This document shows, piece after piece, positions 11,701-26,423 of a DNA stretch of 64,000 nucleotides (positions are counted from its first letter, which is position 1; each line of letters begins with the position of its first letter). The DNA is from Dimorphilus gyrociliatus (Eukaryota > Animalia > Annelida): NCBI GenBank assembly GCA_904063045.1, contig CAJFCJ010000012.1, forward strand, positions 1,550,001 through 1,614,000, written 5' to 3'. The translations under genes and the position numbers were made by a program. The notes under the pieces were generated by a model that had not been told where the DNA came from, ran no database searches, and was given only the letters and a program-made list of their open reading frames with translations.

Positions 11701-14700
11701 GGTAGAATGCCAGTCAAAAGATGGGGTTTGGTTGAAAGAAGCGATTGGATACGGGTCGATGGGCAAAGAATTGTACAAGATTACGTAGATCCAACGAGGT
11801 CGTGTTTATACTTTAACAACTTGTTTATTATGCAAATGCTCTGGTGCTGACGGTTAGGAATCTTTGACGGCTAGTCATCACCTACCGCCCCTACTTTTGA
11901 TGGGGGCATCTCTTAGTTTGATTATAGTTTGCTATGGTAACATAATTCGTATATTACCCAAACGTTTAGAGGCAGTACATTTTGAACTTTGACCTGTTAG
12001 CGAGCCCCGCTCTTTGTTTATCTGGCCGTCTCAATCCACTATTCGTCCATTACCGGCTACGCCTACATGTATACTCAAAAATAGCGGAATATGCAAATAT
12101 TCTGTGTACCTGGAGCGCGTATCTGCGCCACAGCCCCAGTGCAAATAGCCCTGATAACTCGCATCTGCATTCTGCTCGTATTATTACCATTTCTCCCCTC
12201 TTTTTATTAGCCTTTATAAAGGCGCATGCTTCTCGCTTGCTAGCCGGTCTTTTCTTTCTTCACTCGTTTATTGTTGCCACATCCGATAAAAGGTTGGTAT
12301 GAAATGTGCTAAAGAAAAATTTGCCCCTTCCCCTACCACCTATTTGTATTGATAACGGCCGTATTTAGTAGCGTCGACCCGATTTGCCTTATCTAAATTC
12401 CTTTTGACTTTTGAAAACAAACGAACGACAGATGCTTTCGTACAACCGTTTTCCGGTCGTATTTTATTACGGAGCTTCGTGATGCGGCCTATTTATATAG
12501 CGTCTGTATCGATTTAACAAACGTCTACGCATGAGAAGCGTTTCCTCTTCCTGGTACTGAACGCACTTTAATTACTCATCCACGGGGAGTTGAGAGCTTA
12601 TAGACAGGATATAGAGACGTTCATTAGGACTGAGGGTGGACGAAACGAAGGCGGTCCAAAAGTCATTTTGTCCAAGCGCAATTTTACTATCCTACCACCC
12701 CCCTCTTTGCCCCTTTTAAATTTCCCAACGCCGTTCCGGATTCGTCGACGATAACGGTTGTTAACAACAACCTGGGCGATCGAGGCGGTTATCTGATACG
12801 GGTGCTGCCGCCACTGCCTTGGTCTTAAACTCCAGCCAGCCGGTTCCCACTTATTTGCCGATAGCCGCTACGAAAACACTGGCAGTTAGGCCGGAGGATA
12901 TTTTCTATTTACTAGAATATGAGTACGGAATACGATTGTAATTATGGATAGCGAAGCGTTTAGGATGAGTAGGCTTAACAGGCCTATATCCGGTTATATC
13001 ACCAATGTTCCGTGCGATTGCCCAATTCAGGGGAGTAAGTATCAGAGTGCGCGCTTATAAATTGGTACAGATTACTACTAAAAGCCGTTCGTTAATAACA
13101 CCCGATTTTGCGTAAACTACAAAGTTACAAGAGAAAGAAACTATATTAATAGGAAATATTATTTTTACAATATCTTGATCTATTCTAACCTTCTATGCCA
13201 TCCTATATCCATAGCTATCTGTATAGCTCTAGTCTGATCACGTATTTTCAAGCGATGCGTAGTTTGCGGTCGACAACGGTTCTTGTTGGGCGAGTGGTTT
13301 TTATTGATTTTCTCCTTGTCCATCCCTAGGTTTAACGAGGGACGAGCATCATATATCTCCAATAGAAGCTGACCAACTACCGTCTAAGAGGGACTTCACT
13401 GATAGGGCTTTTAGTTACAATAGTGGTTCAGATGGAGAGACTGATGATCATTTAACTTCACCGTCCGACGAACCTCCACCACCAGCTCCCGGTACCTTAT
13501 ATACTCCGGTTTCTGAATCGGAAACAGAAAACGATCCCTCAGAAAGATCGACTTTACCAGTTAAAAATAGACGTTCGGATACATTGAGGAGTACCACAAC
13601 AGAAAATCATTATTCAAGGATAAGCGAAGCCGGTTAGTATATGCAATCAATGTCATAGTATTTTTTTTATAGTAATTGTTACCATGCTACGTGTAATGTT
13701 CTAGTTTTAAGAAATCACGTACGGTGAAGGGTTGCAGTAGGTTCATTAACTCAAATTGCACGGTCGTTTGCTTATTTATAGAAAAAGTGCCACGCCCTGC
13801 TCACACGTTTCTTCTTTTCGACTTCCTCATTTCTTCTTTTCCTATTTCTATAATTAACATTCGCGACAGCATTTAACCGTCAGCGAATCGATAAAAAACA
13901 TTCGTTTCTGTTGGGCTCCTTCTCCCTACCCATATTTGCCGCCATTTTCTACTTAAGATTCTAATAATTCTTCCTCTGTTCTTTTATTCTTTTCTTCTCT
14001 AGCTGTACACCCCCTTCCTCTCCCCCACCACCTTTTTCGTGCCGAATTTCTTTATAGCAAAGGATTATAAAACTAGCTTTCTTTAAGGCACAGTTCCCAC
14101 TCGAGAAAGCGTTAGTGCTGTTTGAGGTAAAGCAAAGTAAGGGCACTGTGTTGGTAAGGCACTTGCCGTAAATAAATATTTCAAGAGAGCAAGAGTCGCG
14201 CAAGTCTTGCTCGAATTACTAAATATTTACATTACCTAAAACTAAATAAACGTAGACGCCTTTTTGCACTCATCTGCCCTCCTTCTTTCTCCATATTCGA
14301 CCTGTCTTTTATGTCTTTCAACGCCTAGGCGTTTGGCTCGATTTCTTTCTTCAAACGTATCCTATTCATTCATGTTTACTAACTTTTTGAAAGAATGTAA
14401 AGTAATGGTAATAAACGTTGGTATGTTATGCCAACAGAGACTATGCCCCGAGGAAGAATTAACATTGGCGAAGAGACGATCGGACCGGATGTGCCTCCTC
14501 GCTTTCCCACGCTTCATACAAATCATATAGCCGGTGGTGATCATCACTACATAAGGCAGGACGCTTCAGGAACTGTCTTCATTCCTCAGCCGGGAATGAT
14601 GACAATGAATATTCCAAGGACTAACATCCGACAAAGAAATGGAGCATCGCCCGCAACAAATTTTAATGATATAAACTCTCCAGCATTATTTAATGATTGC

Positions 14701-17700
14701 AGTCCTGACAGGTTTGTAACAATTACTTTGTTATTTTATCATATATGCAGTATTTTTTTGGCAAGGAAAGAATTGAATTAATTCAGCTTTACTACTTTAT
14801 TTTATCTTGTTTTTTTGAGCATGTCTGCTTTTCATTTATTTTTTCCTCAAAAAAAAAGAGAAAAAGTTTGCAGTGTTAATTTTATATAGGTTAAAAGTAC
14901 AAGGTAAAGACGCGGATGTGAGCAGTGATTCGTATTGGGCGAGGTTTGCATTTCCTATCTTGTTTTTCTTTTGATTCGTAATCCCGTTTAGCCCGTTAGA
15001 AATAGTTTAGTCTTTCTGTTTTTCTTCTACAATATTTTTCACTGAACTTTGATTCTTCATTGTTATAAAATAATTCTTTGTTCTTCACTGTTTTTGTTAA
15101 AAATCCTTGTTATTGTCAAAAATTACTAGCCAAAAAAAGAATGAAGAAAATATCCATGTAATTAATGTATAGAAAATTTTTTTATATCCTCTTTTTTATG
15201 TAGTTTTCTAGCATTATCGCTTTAGTTACCAATCTCTCTCATCGGTTGTCTTGTGTATATGTATTATGTTTACATAATTGTTTCATTCTCTTTCTCTTTT
15301 GCTTTGTTTCATTTTCTTATTCGTTTCTCTTTCCCCATTGTTTATTCTAACCGAAGAAAGTATCCCTAATCTTTCACACTCTCTTCTCACTATCTTTCTT
15401 TTTATTTGTTTTTTACTATGAAAACTATTTGTTTCTTTTTCTTTATACTTTCATTATATTTATTATACATTCAGGCAAAATGCTGCTCACTTAAACATTC
15501 CACCGTTACCGGTCGGAAGTTATCCACCTTCTAATTCCGGAGTCGCACCTGCTCACGCGGCCGCTGATATATATTCGCGATTCTCGTCTGATTATTCTAG
15601 GTGATTTATCAAACGTTTGTTCTATATATAGCTTTTTTTTATTTGCAATTAGACTAACATTTCTTCTGAGCTTCTTGCTAACTTAATAGATAGTATTTTT
15701 TTTCTCTAACTTTTAATTATAGCTTAAATCTTATCTATTGCTTCTTACAAATTCTATACAAAATGATAACGTTAGCTATCCGTAAAAAAAGATACTGTAT
15801 ATAGTTTATTTATTTATCCTATGTATCTAATCTCACTTTGGGAGGGTGCTATAGGATTTATTTTACAGTGGTACAAAACTTTTAAAAAATAAGTCGAAGA
15901 GAAACATTATATCAATATCCGACGTCTGTAATAAAAACAAGAAAGGGAATAGTACGGAAAGGCTTCCTTCAAGCAAAATTAGTCATACGACTTATATTAC
16001 ATATATAATGATAAAAGATACCTTATTTTCATCTGAATTTTTAGATCGTAAAAAATATATTATAGCAGAGCTAAAGAACGCCTTTCTATGCGACTTCCGT
16101 TTACCATAAAACTACCATTACTACCCACTTGAAAAATAGTTATATTTTCTTTTCTATTAATAGAATGAAACGGGAATCAGTTCTACGATGCTGCCTGGAA
16201 AAATGTTCCTGGAAAATAACAACAATTCTCTTTGTCCTTCTCTTCATATTTACATTAGGGACGGCAGTATACTTTATAGGTTTGTATAAAATTAATTACA
16301 TTTTACTTGTATTTCGCTATATTCGCTAGATCCTTTATAAGTTCATTTCTATAGATAAAATCAAATTAAAAAATAATGCAACGTATATAAATTTCTCCAT
16401 TTATATTTTATTATTTTCTTTAATTAATATCTTTATTTTACTGTTTTATTAAGGTTGATTTTTTTTGTTCTTTTGTGAATGATTGTTGTTTGTAGCGAAG
16501 TTCCTAGTTGATGCAACGAAAATTGAGACAATCGCCTTGGAGAATAATATTCCAAAAGGTGACACAATATGCCGAGATAGATGATTAATTTACTTAATAA
16601 ATTAATCTTTAATACTTTACTTAATTAACTTAACATAGTCTTTTTATTATTATTACTAGAATAACTACTATACTACTTATTTTTTATACCCGTTTCTGAA
16701 AAAAAGTTTGCATTTCACGCTAAAAAATAAAAGGAGAGACGCTAATTAAAAAAATTACCCTTAATTCTTTTTGTACTTAAATATTAATACTTCAAATGTG
16801 ACGTTTGTGATACCATATTACCTTTTTCCCGTTATAAGATATTGCTTGTTAAAACGTAATTAATAACAAACTAATGTTAGACAACATAAAAATTAAAATT
16901 TATGTGTCGCTGTGAACTTTAGACCCCTTTTTCTATTTTGCTAAAAACTACTCAAAATATCCTGTTTGTCAGAATATATCGTATATACAGTATATATCTA
17001 TATATATACGCCTTATTAAAAAAAAAATATCCGTTTTTTCCCCTATAATTTCAACCCCGTTTGTACACATATCTTATGTAAATAGTTAGCGGTATATATA
17101 TATTATATACTATATATAGACAGACATATATATATATAGATGAATGTATATGCCATGAATACTCTTGGAAAGAGAGAAAACAATTTCTGCCCTCAGGAAA
17201 CTTCATTCTTGCTTCTTCTATTTAATTAAAGGGAAAATGTAGAAAGAAACGTAACACTTATTATACTAGACGTTTCCTCGTTGTTTTCTTTCTCTATTGT
17301 TGCATATATTCATAGTTTGTTTGCAACAACAATAGGGAAAAAAAAAGAAAACAGAGAGAATTAGTGAGTAAGGGAAGCATAAGAGTGAAGATTTTTATTT
17401 CTCGTCTGTTGATTCTCTAGCATTAGAAAGAGAGATATCTTTATTTAGATTCTTTTTCTTTCAGCTCAACCAACCGAACCAATCGAGAGAAGGGAGCCTG
17501 AAAAAATTAGCCTGATGAATGGAAAGCGTATGTCGGTTACACTCAAACCGCATAGTTTTATAGTTAACGAATTTAGAATACATGCCGATCGCCATTACAT
17601 GGTAAGTAATATTATACTTGTTTAAGTACAAAATATGATTAATCGTTTGCTTGTCTTTTCGTTTTAATTTAATTTTGCTTATTCTCTTTCTAAACAGTTC

Positions 17701-20700
17701 AATTTCTCTTTGCCACGCTACTCCGTTTTGGGTATATTTTTGAGGAGAGGAGATACTCCGTCTTTTGTACAGTACGATGAAATCTTTCGTGTTTACGGGA
17801 TATTTACTGATAGAGCTAAGAGATCTATTAGTGTGAGTAGAGGCAGTACACCCATTTAGAGCGATTATCTTAACAGCCATCCCCCCTTGAATAATTAATA
17901 AAATTGCATTTAATTTTTTAATAGAATAAAGAAGTAATGAAAGATACTGGAGACGATCGATTCTACACATTTTTACATAGCGGTCTTTGGTACATGATGA
18001 TTTATAATGATGGGAAAGCGGACGTTGATTTTTCATTCGAAGGGAAAGTTTATAGTACGTATTAGTCAGATTACCCCCCGTTAATCATACTAGGTTGTAT
18101 ATATTATCTTTGCGGATATAGGATTCTCTTATACAATATATTATATATTTATGTTATGCTATTTTTTCTATTGTTTAACCGTCTGTAGGGATGAAAGGTG
18201 GGAGGAACTGTCCGGGAAATTGTAACGGAAGGGGAAAGTGCTACGAGAATGGAGATTGCGCTTGTTATAATGGTAGGTAAACCGTTTATGCCATATCATT
18301 TATACACAAAACTCTTAACTTAATATAAATAAATATGTTATTAGGTTGGAGAGGTGTCGATTGTTCGGTAGAGCCCTGTCCAATACTATGTAGCAATCGG
18401 GGAGTTTACATAAGAGGAAGATGCGAATGCAAAGAAGGCTACAAAGGAAACGAGTGTGAATATTCCATAAATCAATGCGAAGTACCTAACTGCAATGGCT
18501 ATGGGAAGTGTCAGGGTGGCAAATGCGTTTGTCATCCGGGCAGGACCGGAAAACATTGCGAGCTCGGTAGGTATTATTTGATAAATATTGGGAATTAGAT
18601 ATGTCACAAATCTTAATTTTTCTTTTCTTGGCTAAAATCCCATCTTTATTGCTTTTAAATCAACTTAGATTCTCTATTACTTTTTTCCTTAATAATGGGA
18701 TAACAGGGACTTGCAGCGATCCGAATTGTTCAGGGAACGGCGTTTGCGTCAATTCAACTTGTTACTGCAACGCCGGATTTTCAGGCGATAAATGCGAGTA
18801 CGAGGGTAACGTTTGCCCGCAAGCTTACTGCAAATATCGAGGATATGTAGGCAGTAATCGGCCGCTCTGTACTTGCAATAGCGGTTATTACGGAACGCAA
18901 TGTGAATTTGGTGAGGAGCTAGCAAGAATAAATCAATAAATAAAAAGACTAATAAATACATCTGATTGCTCTATGCATGATGTTAACAAGGAGTTAATAG
19001 TGCCTGGTTTTTTTTTTATATATACAAATGCAGCCTAGGAGTAATATATATATATTTTTTATTAACCAAAACGACCATTTCCAATAACCGCATGGGATCA
19101 GTAAAAAAGTGCTTCAACTACTATATTAATAAGCTTTAATGATGTGTATATGCGTGTACGAAATTTCCTATAGAAAAATTCTATACGCATCCGTGAAATA
19201 TAACCCATCAAGGTGTATAAATATATACATATACATATATGTTTATATATATAAATGTGTATGTGTGTGTGTCTGTATACTGTATATATCAAGCATACAC
19301 AAACACATATACTGTATATAATCTATAAATAAACCATAGGGTTAATATGCGTATACAGTATATACAGTATATAAATTTATATATATATATATATTTATAC
19401 AAATAAAATATATGCTCGATATTAATCAATTTTGTAGAAGAATCATTATTAAGTTAATACCCTATAATTTTACTGCAGAACAATGCAGCATAACGTGCGG
19501 ACCGCACGCTGAATGCCATGGGAAAGTATGCAAATGCCACGAAGGTTGGTCAGGGACGTTCTGTAATCATAGAACATGCGATGCCAGGTGTGAAAGAGAT
19601 AATCATGGTATTTGCATGAACGGAACATGCGTATGCAATGTAGGCTTTCACGGAACTTTGTGTACATTTGGTAAGTTTTGGTCGGTTGGCAAAGTATTTT
19701 AAAATATTTATTTTACTACTTAGATTGTTACTCTTATTTGCTTTTTATTTGTAATACATTTTACAGATGATTGCCGGCTGAATTGTAACGGACATGGAAA
19801 GTGTGAAAAGAATTCGAATGGTGAAGGATACACTTGCCTCTGCCAAAGGGGCTTTGGTGGTAAATACTGCCATATTGAAGAAGAAACGTCTCATGATAAA
19901 TGCCATGATGGTAAGGATAATGATGGAGATGGATTGACAGATTGCCAAGATCCGGATTGTAGTAGGAGAGAATTAACAGCACCATGCAAGACTTTCAATC
20001 CTAGCCAATATCGACCATTTGATTTGTACTTGTTAAGGCCACAATTCGTTCCGACCTCGTTTTATGAGAGGTTCAAATTTCTTCTTGCTGATGGGAAACT
20101 TCAAAATATTGCCACATGGACGATGCCCCAGAAGAGGATGAGCCTTCTCAAAGGAAGGGTTCTTATGCACAACGATGTACCCGTTTTCGGTATTAATGTC
20201 AGCATTTCCGGCCAGCCTTTCTGGGGATGGACTTTAACAGACAGTGGCAAAAGCAATTACAATGAAGGCGGTGTCTTTCACATGTTAGTAAGCGGAGGAG
20301 GATCGCTAGAAATAAAATTCGAGCATTTCCCTCCGTCTGGTGAAAAACCAGTATTTAAAACAAAAACCGTTCGAGTAATGGTCCCTTGGAATGATGTAGT
20401 TAACATTGGAAACGTTTATATTGAATTAGTCAAAAAGGAGCCAAAGAAAAAGAAAAGTGATTGTACAGTTAGACATGATAGACGCCTGCTGCACCCAGTC
20501 ATTGTCTATTCCTGGATAAATTCGTATAATGGAGGTTGCAAAGAGGGTTGTCTGTTTCCTCTATCAAATACTCATAAACAAGTGATACCTATTCTCGATA
20601 CTCCGTTATCGTTAGTATATGTATCCTCAAACGCTAACAATTTTGAATCAAAGTTAACCGTAAAGGTTACAGATTCTTACGTTCCGGAAGACTTACAGGA

Positions 20701-23700
20701 AATCCGTCTTATTTTAGATGTTGAAGATTGGAGAGAGCATGGTGTTATTGAAGCACTTCCTCATCAAACTTTTACATTCTATTTGAAGCGCCAGCAAACT
20801 GCTTTAATGATTCAATATAGTTATGGAAATGTTTTAGCAAAGATTTCAATAGGATATATCTATCGATCTTGTACTCAACCACAATGGCATCATTTAACAT
20901 CAAAAATAACTACTGCTTCTGCTCTGACATCAAAAATTTACAAGTGGAACTTGAACATCCATCACTTTTATAGCATTGCAAACAATATACTATTTAAAGG
21001 CGATGGTACACTTATCGATTTCACTGAGAGACCTCGTATTTTAGTTGATATATTTAAGGGACGAAAATGCAAAAGAAAGAAGAAAGCTTGCCGTTTGCGT
21101 TCTCCTAGATCGTTAGCCAGTGACGGAAACGGAAATGTTTACGTATCGGACGAACGTTTTATATGGAAATTTGATGACAAGGACGGATATGAATTACATA
21201 TGGATTTTATTAGATTTAATCCATCCTATCTCCACTATATCGCCGTTGATCCAACGACGAACTACTTAATCGTATCAGATCCTAGATCCAGAGCCGTTGT
21301 TAAGCAAGAAACTCCCGACCCGAAAGAGAATGGTTTCAATATGAATAAGATAGCTGGGGGCGGTGGAAAATGCATACCCGGTCAACCGGACGAATGCGGT
21401 GAAGGGGGATACTCGGGTCGTTCCAGTTTGCAACATCCGAAAGGCGTGGCTGTGAATAAGCACGGTGAAGTCTATATTGCTGACGGAGCCGTTGTAAGAA
21501 AGATCGATAAGAATCGTAATATTCATACGGTTGTCGGTACAATTGGATTACCAACAAAATTAAAGAAATTTCCATGCAATGGTACCATACCAGCGAGAGA
21601 AGTTACCCTTTGGGATCCATCGTCGATAGTTATATCGCCTGTTGACGACTCATTACACATCTTAGATGGTAATGTTGTTTATAGATTATCTGAAGATGGA
21701 TATCTATCGATAATAGCTGGTAGACCACATCACTGTCCGCCCATAACTAAACGAGAACAGTATATTGATATTGAATACACTGAACCGTATCCAGCTTTCG
21801 ACGCTATTCTATATGAACCGCGTGATATTGCTTTTGATTATAATGGTCAATTATACATATTGGAATCAGATGGCAAAAAAATAAATCGTGTACGAATAGT
21901 AACGTCGGATGGTTTCATCAAGTTATTTGCTGGTAGAGTTTCAGAATGCGACTGCTCAAAAGAACGTTGCAATTGCAATGAGCACTTGGGAGTTTCCGCT
22001 CTAGATGCCTTACTCAATTCGCCGTCTAGTATTACTGTAACGCCGGATAATACCTTATATATTTCCGATACGGGAAATGGAAAGATACTTAAAGTCGTCA
22101 GCCAAGTGCCTAAATTAGAAGAGAATAAATTCAATTTCAAATCGGTTGATTTCTATAAGGCTAAGAAAATCTACCGTATAATGGATAGTGAAACTAAAGA
22201 AATGTACGTCTTCAAGGATAATGGTCATCACTTATTAACAATTGATTTGCTGACTGGAGAAGTGAAGTACAAATTTAAAATCGATTATCGAGGAGATCTT
22301 AGACAGGTCATTTCTAATGGAACAGATGATTCAAAGTTCAATGTAACTGTAGATCGTAAATTGTATCAAAATAGGGGAGACGAATGCCTACTCGTTAATA
22401 ATCAATGTTATAAATTGGGTAAAGATGGTTCTAAGCAACTGAAAAAGTTCACCTATCCTAACGGTCAAGCCTATCAATTTGAATTTAACCTAGAATATCA
22501 GCTATTATCAAAGGTCGAACCACATGGTGAGCTGACATTTTTCGAATATGATCAAAATAATCACTTGAAAAGTGTGGTTGGACCTACTGGCGACGTTATT
22601 GAACTTAAACAAGATGATTTGAGTGATCTTTCAACGTATGACCTATACGTAACTGGTATGAATAGTATTAAATGGAGAATAAACGACGGCTCAATTACAT
22701 ATTCGCTCCAAGACTCCACGGCTAAGAATATTATTCGCAGAGTTAATGATGAAACCTATGTGGTAATTCACGCTAATAGACTCGTATCAGTAGTAGAAAT
22801 GACGCCTCGTTATCTCTCAACCACAGAACAAACCATTCAAGTAAGCTGATTATCCATTATTATTCATTTTGATGTGTCTTATATTGACTATCATTTTCAG
22901 GAAAGACGTAAGCTGATCATTCCGAAAGAAGTAGGGAAATTAGAGTTGGATTTTACAAAAGTTCTACTCAGATATATCGATCTAGATAATAGAGAAAGAT
23001 CGAGTAGTGGAAATACAAATAATTTTGGATCTTATTGGAATTTCAATTTGAACTCTACGACCGGATCGGATGCTCCAATTCCGCCGTATAGATATTTTGG
23101 TACTTCTTTGAAATTAAATAATATGGAATTTCTTCGTATTCTGTTTAAAACGGATAAGAATAGACCTCAAGAAATTTATTATAAATCATTAGGAACTAAA
23201 AGGCCTTCCGAAAAGCTATTTACGATAGAAAAGCTCCCAGGAGGTTTACCAGTCAAATTTATACCTAGATTTAGTCCAAAGAGCTTAAATCATATAGTAA
23301 TTCATTACACTGCGAGCGGAAAACTCTCATCTTGGGCTGAGAAAAAGAACACGTTTGAAGTACGAAACATATCATTCGTCTATGATGACCAAGATCGCCT
23401 TACGAAAACATTAATAAATCGTAGGGCTGAGTATGATTATCGTTACCATAAAGGGCACAAAGTTCCAAGAACTATTGAACGTTCATCCGGTAGACAATTT
23501 CACGTTAAAATGGATGATAAAGGATTCATTAAGGAGATAATATCTCAATCATTAGCTCATAATAGATTTCATAAAGTTTTATCACCAAATCTACACCGTC
23601 TTGTCTATCAAAGACATCGTAACGAACGTGTTTTGTTTGATTTTGACGCCTTCGGCCGTTGCAAGTATATTCGACTGCCTTCGAACGAAAGGAGGATATC

Positions 23701-25981
23701 CTACAATTTCCTAACAGATGGCCGCCTTCTCGAGGAAAAGTTTGACATGACATCAGTCAAGTACATGTATCAAAGTCATTCGAACGAATTAGCTTCAATC
23801 CATTTAGAAAATGGTATAGAAGATCAAGGGAAAGTATCTTTGAATTATTTTGGGGATATTGTAATTAACTTGCACAGAATTGAATTTCAAAACGAGGAAG
23901 TTAAATCAATTGAGTTTAACTATAAGAGGGATGATTTACTTCGTGTAACAGAGATAAGTGGCCATATTGGAGAAAGAATCTTTACTACACTTACGTATAA
24001 ATACAATGACTATGGAGACGTTGAATATATAAATAGTAACTATTTTAGAAAGACTTCTGATTCAGTAGACGTTGTAGGTGTCAGCCGTATACTCATTGAA
24101 AAGAAACACGATCTCTTTAATAAAATGGAAGAAGTAACTGTTATGTTCGGAAAGCGTAAAGTGAGTAACATCATTGTTAAGAGAGATGCGAGAGGACGTC
24201 CAATAAGACAGGAAAAATATAGACACTCGTCTGGCGGTGGCATGCAATTCGTACAAGAATATGCCTACAAGGATGAAGCGATCAAGGTTTATAAGGAGCA
24301 GTCGAGAGACATTTTATCTTATAACTTCAATTTTGAGGAGAACGGCGGTTTTGTCATGAAAAATGACTTGAAAGGTAATCAACAAGAGTTTCGCATGAAT
24401 GTCACTGGAGAAGTTCTGTCTATGAAAGTTAAAGGAACCGAAACGACATTCCACTACGACATTGACGGATACTGCATCTATTCTAAATCGAAAAAACAGA
24501 AAATTGTATTTGAATGGTCAGCTAAAGCCCAAATCCTAAGGATTACTGATCATAGCTTTGACATTCGATACGTTTACGACGGTCTCGGCCGACTAACCGC
24601 TAGAATAAAGGAAAGTAGAGTAATTCAATTCTTTTACTCCGACCTCACTAACCCGGGACGAGTAACGCATATTTATGATAACAAGGTTGGAAAATCCGTT
24701 TTCATCTACGATCGGAATGGGCGATTAACCGTCATAATACAACGTAATAGAACGTACGCTGTCATCCTGGACGGGTTCGATAACGTTGCAGCAATCTACG
24801 ACGCCGAAACAGGCGAGGAAGTAGTCAGAGCAAATTACGACCCTCTAGGCAGGATAAAAATTGATGGTCAATTTGAGTTCTACTTGGGTTACCGTGGAGG
24901 AATACATGAAATAGAGAATAACTATGTCGTGTTATTAAACGGTCGTATATTGCATACTATCCACGGAATGTACTTGGCTCCCGATTACCAAGCCTTTATT
25001 AAACAGTCTCACAAAGTATTGACTCACCCGGAAATGCTATACCTCTATCTTCCGATATTCCCAGACTTGATAGACCTACAACCGCCTACAGATCCGAAAT
25101 GGTGGCTAAATACCTTCGCTTTTAACGTTGATAATTTTATCCATAAAGTCGGCGCCGACGGCTCGTTAAACTCTATATTGGATTATCGTACATCGCTAAT
25201 ACCTACGGTGAAGCATACTTTGTCGGCATCCACAACTGTGGAAGCTTCGTATCGGGAACGTGAAAGGATTATTTTAAACGAGTTATCTCCTTTCCTAAAA
25301 CCGAATTTGTATTATAAAGATCTGCTATTTACTCCCCTTACTTCCAAACACGGCTATCCATTAGGGGAAGGAATGCTATTGGCGGTTCGACCTAATTTGG
25401 ACGTTCGTCTAAAGTCTTGTAAGCCCTTGATTTCAAAAGAAAATAAAAAGCTGATGGAGAAAATGACAAGAGTATTCAATCATACGAAAAAGATTGACGG
25501 TGTCTATACAAAATTCGGAAAGGACTATCATTATTTTGCCTATCAAGCATCCGACAAAGTCGGATCAATGATAAGCCAAGGTTTAAAACGAACTGAGGAT
25601 TTAGGTAATGTCTCTTTGAAGATAGAGGATGTTGTGGAGGCCAATTACAACGTTAGAAAATCCCATACGGATCTAACTGTAATAAGATTGGATAACCATC
25701 AAACTACCTTCAAAGTCAGAGATGGCATGAGCTATTTAGAAATAAAGGACAAGATTAAAATGGAATACGAGGAATACGCGATCAGAAGAGCTTGGAAAAT
25801 GGAAAAAGAAAGGGCAGAATTAGGTATGCGAACCCGCGCTAAATGGACTAATAAACAGATGAAAGAGTTACGGGAAGGCGAGAATGTGCAATCAGCTAAG
25901 ATAGCTTGGAGGTGGGCTGTTGATCCTCAGGCCTATGATGACCCCAACAATATTATATTTGATTTTGTCGAAGAAAGTTGA
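8782..25981 (+). CDS. TENM: Teneurin (Ten-m/Ten-a family type II transmembrane receptor), 15 coding exons, ~2768 aa
   Basis: Hand-assembled phase-compatible GT-AG exons: 8782-8947, 13330-13632, 14438-14711, 15475-15600, 16164-16279, 16496-16558, 17465-17601, 17698-17832, 17925-18054, 18189-18272, 18345-18566, 18707-18910, 19479-19670, 19767-22840, 22901-25981 (8307 nt). Proline-rich ICD (EPPPPAP), CSWK plus TM helix, RAKR furin site, 8 EGF repeats with odd-cysteine EGF2 and EGF5, NHL region, YD/RHS repeats, Tox-GHH-like C-terminus. The exon 2/3 junction is ambiguous (see findings). Confidence 0.96.
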
Positions 25982-26025
25982 TCTTTAACCGAGCCGATTC
26001 TCTCTCTCTCTTTCATACTCTCTCC

Positions 26026-26056
<31 letters not shown>

Positions 26057-26391
26057 TCTTTCTCTTTCTCACTCTGCATTGGTGCTGAAACCGACTGCTT
26101 TAACTGCATTTTTTTTTCATATGAAAAGACAAAAAAATTTTTACGTTCGTTTAATTTGTATATTTAAATATCGTCAGAAAAAAACAAGAAAACTATAATT
26201 GTTCTCTTTTTTCTTCGTTGTTCGTGCCTTATAGCGGAGCGTACGAAGCGTATTTTTCTAATAATCGTTGTTGTATTATCTAGTCAAATCATGCGAAATT
26301 TGTAGATAATATAAATAAAGTTCGTATATTATATATAAGCTATTTATATATAAATGTATATACATATATCATATACACACTAAGTTTATAA

Positions 26392-26396
<5 letters not shown>

Positions 26397-26423
<27 letters not shown>
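26397..26423. repeat. (AT)n microsatellite in the teneurin 3' region
   Basis: Direct reading. TC-rich low-complexity sequence also lies at ~26000-26070. Confidence 0.9.

Noticed and set aside
1-15000. TAATCC (Otx/K50) and TAATTA homeodomain sites around teneurin
   Set aside because: About 11 TAATCC seen versus roughly 10 expected at this base composition, so no enrichment.
17461-18036. 191-aa minus-strand ORF
   Set aside because: Antisense shadow over three teneurin exons and their introns, with no family resemblance.
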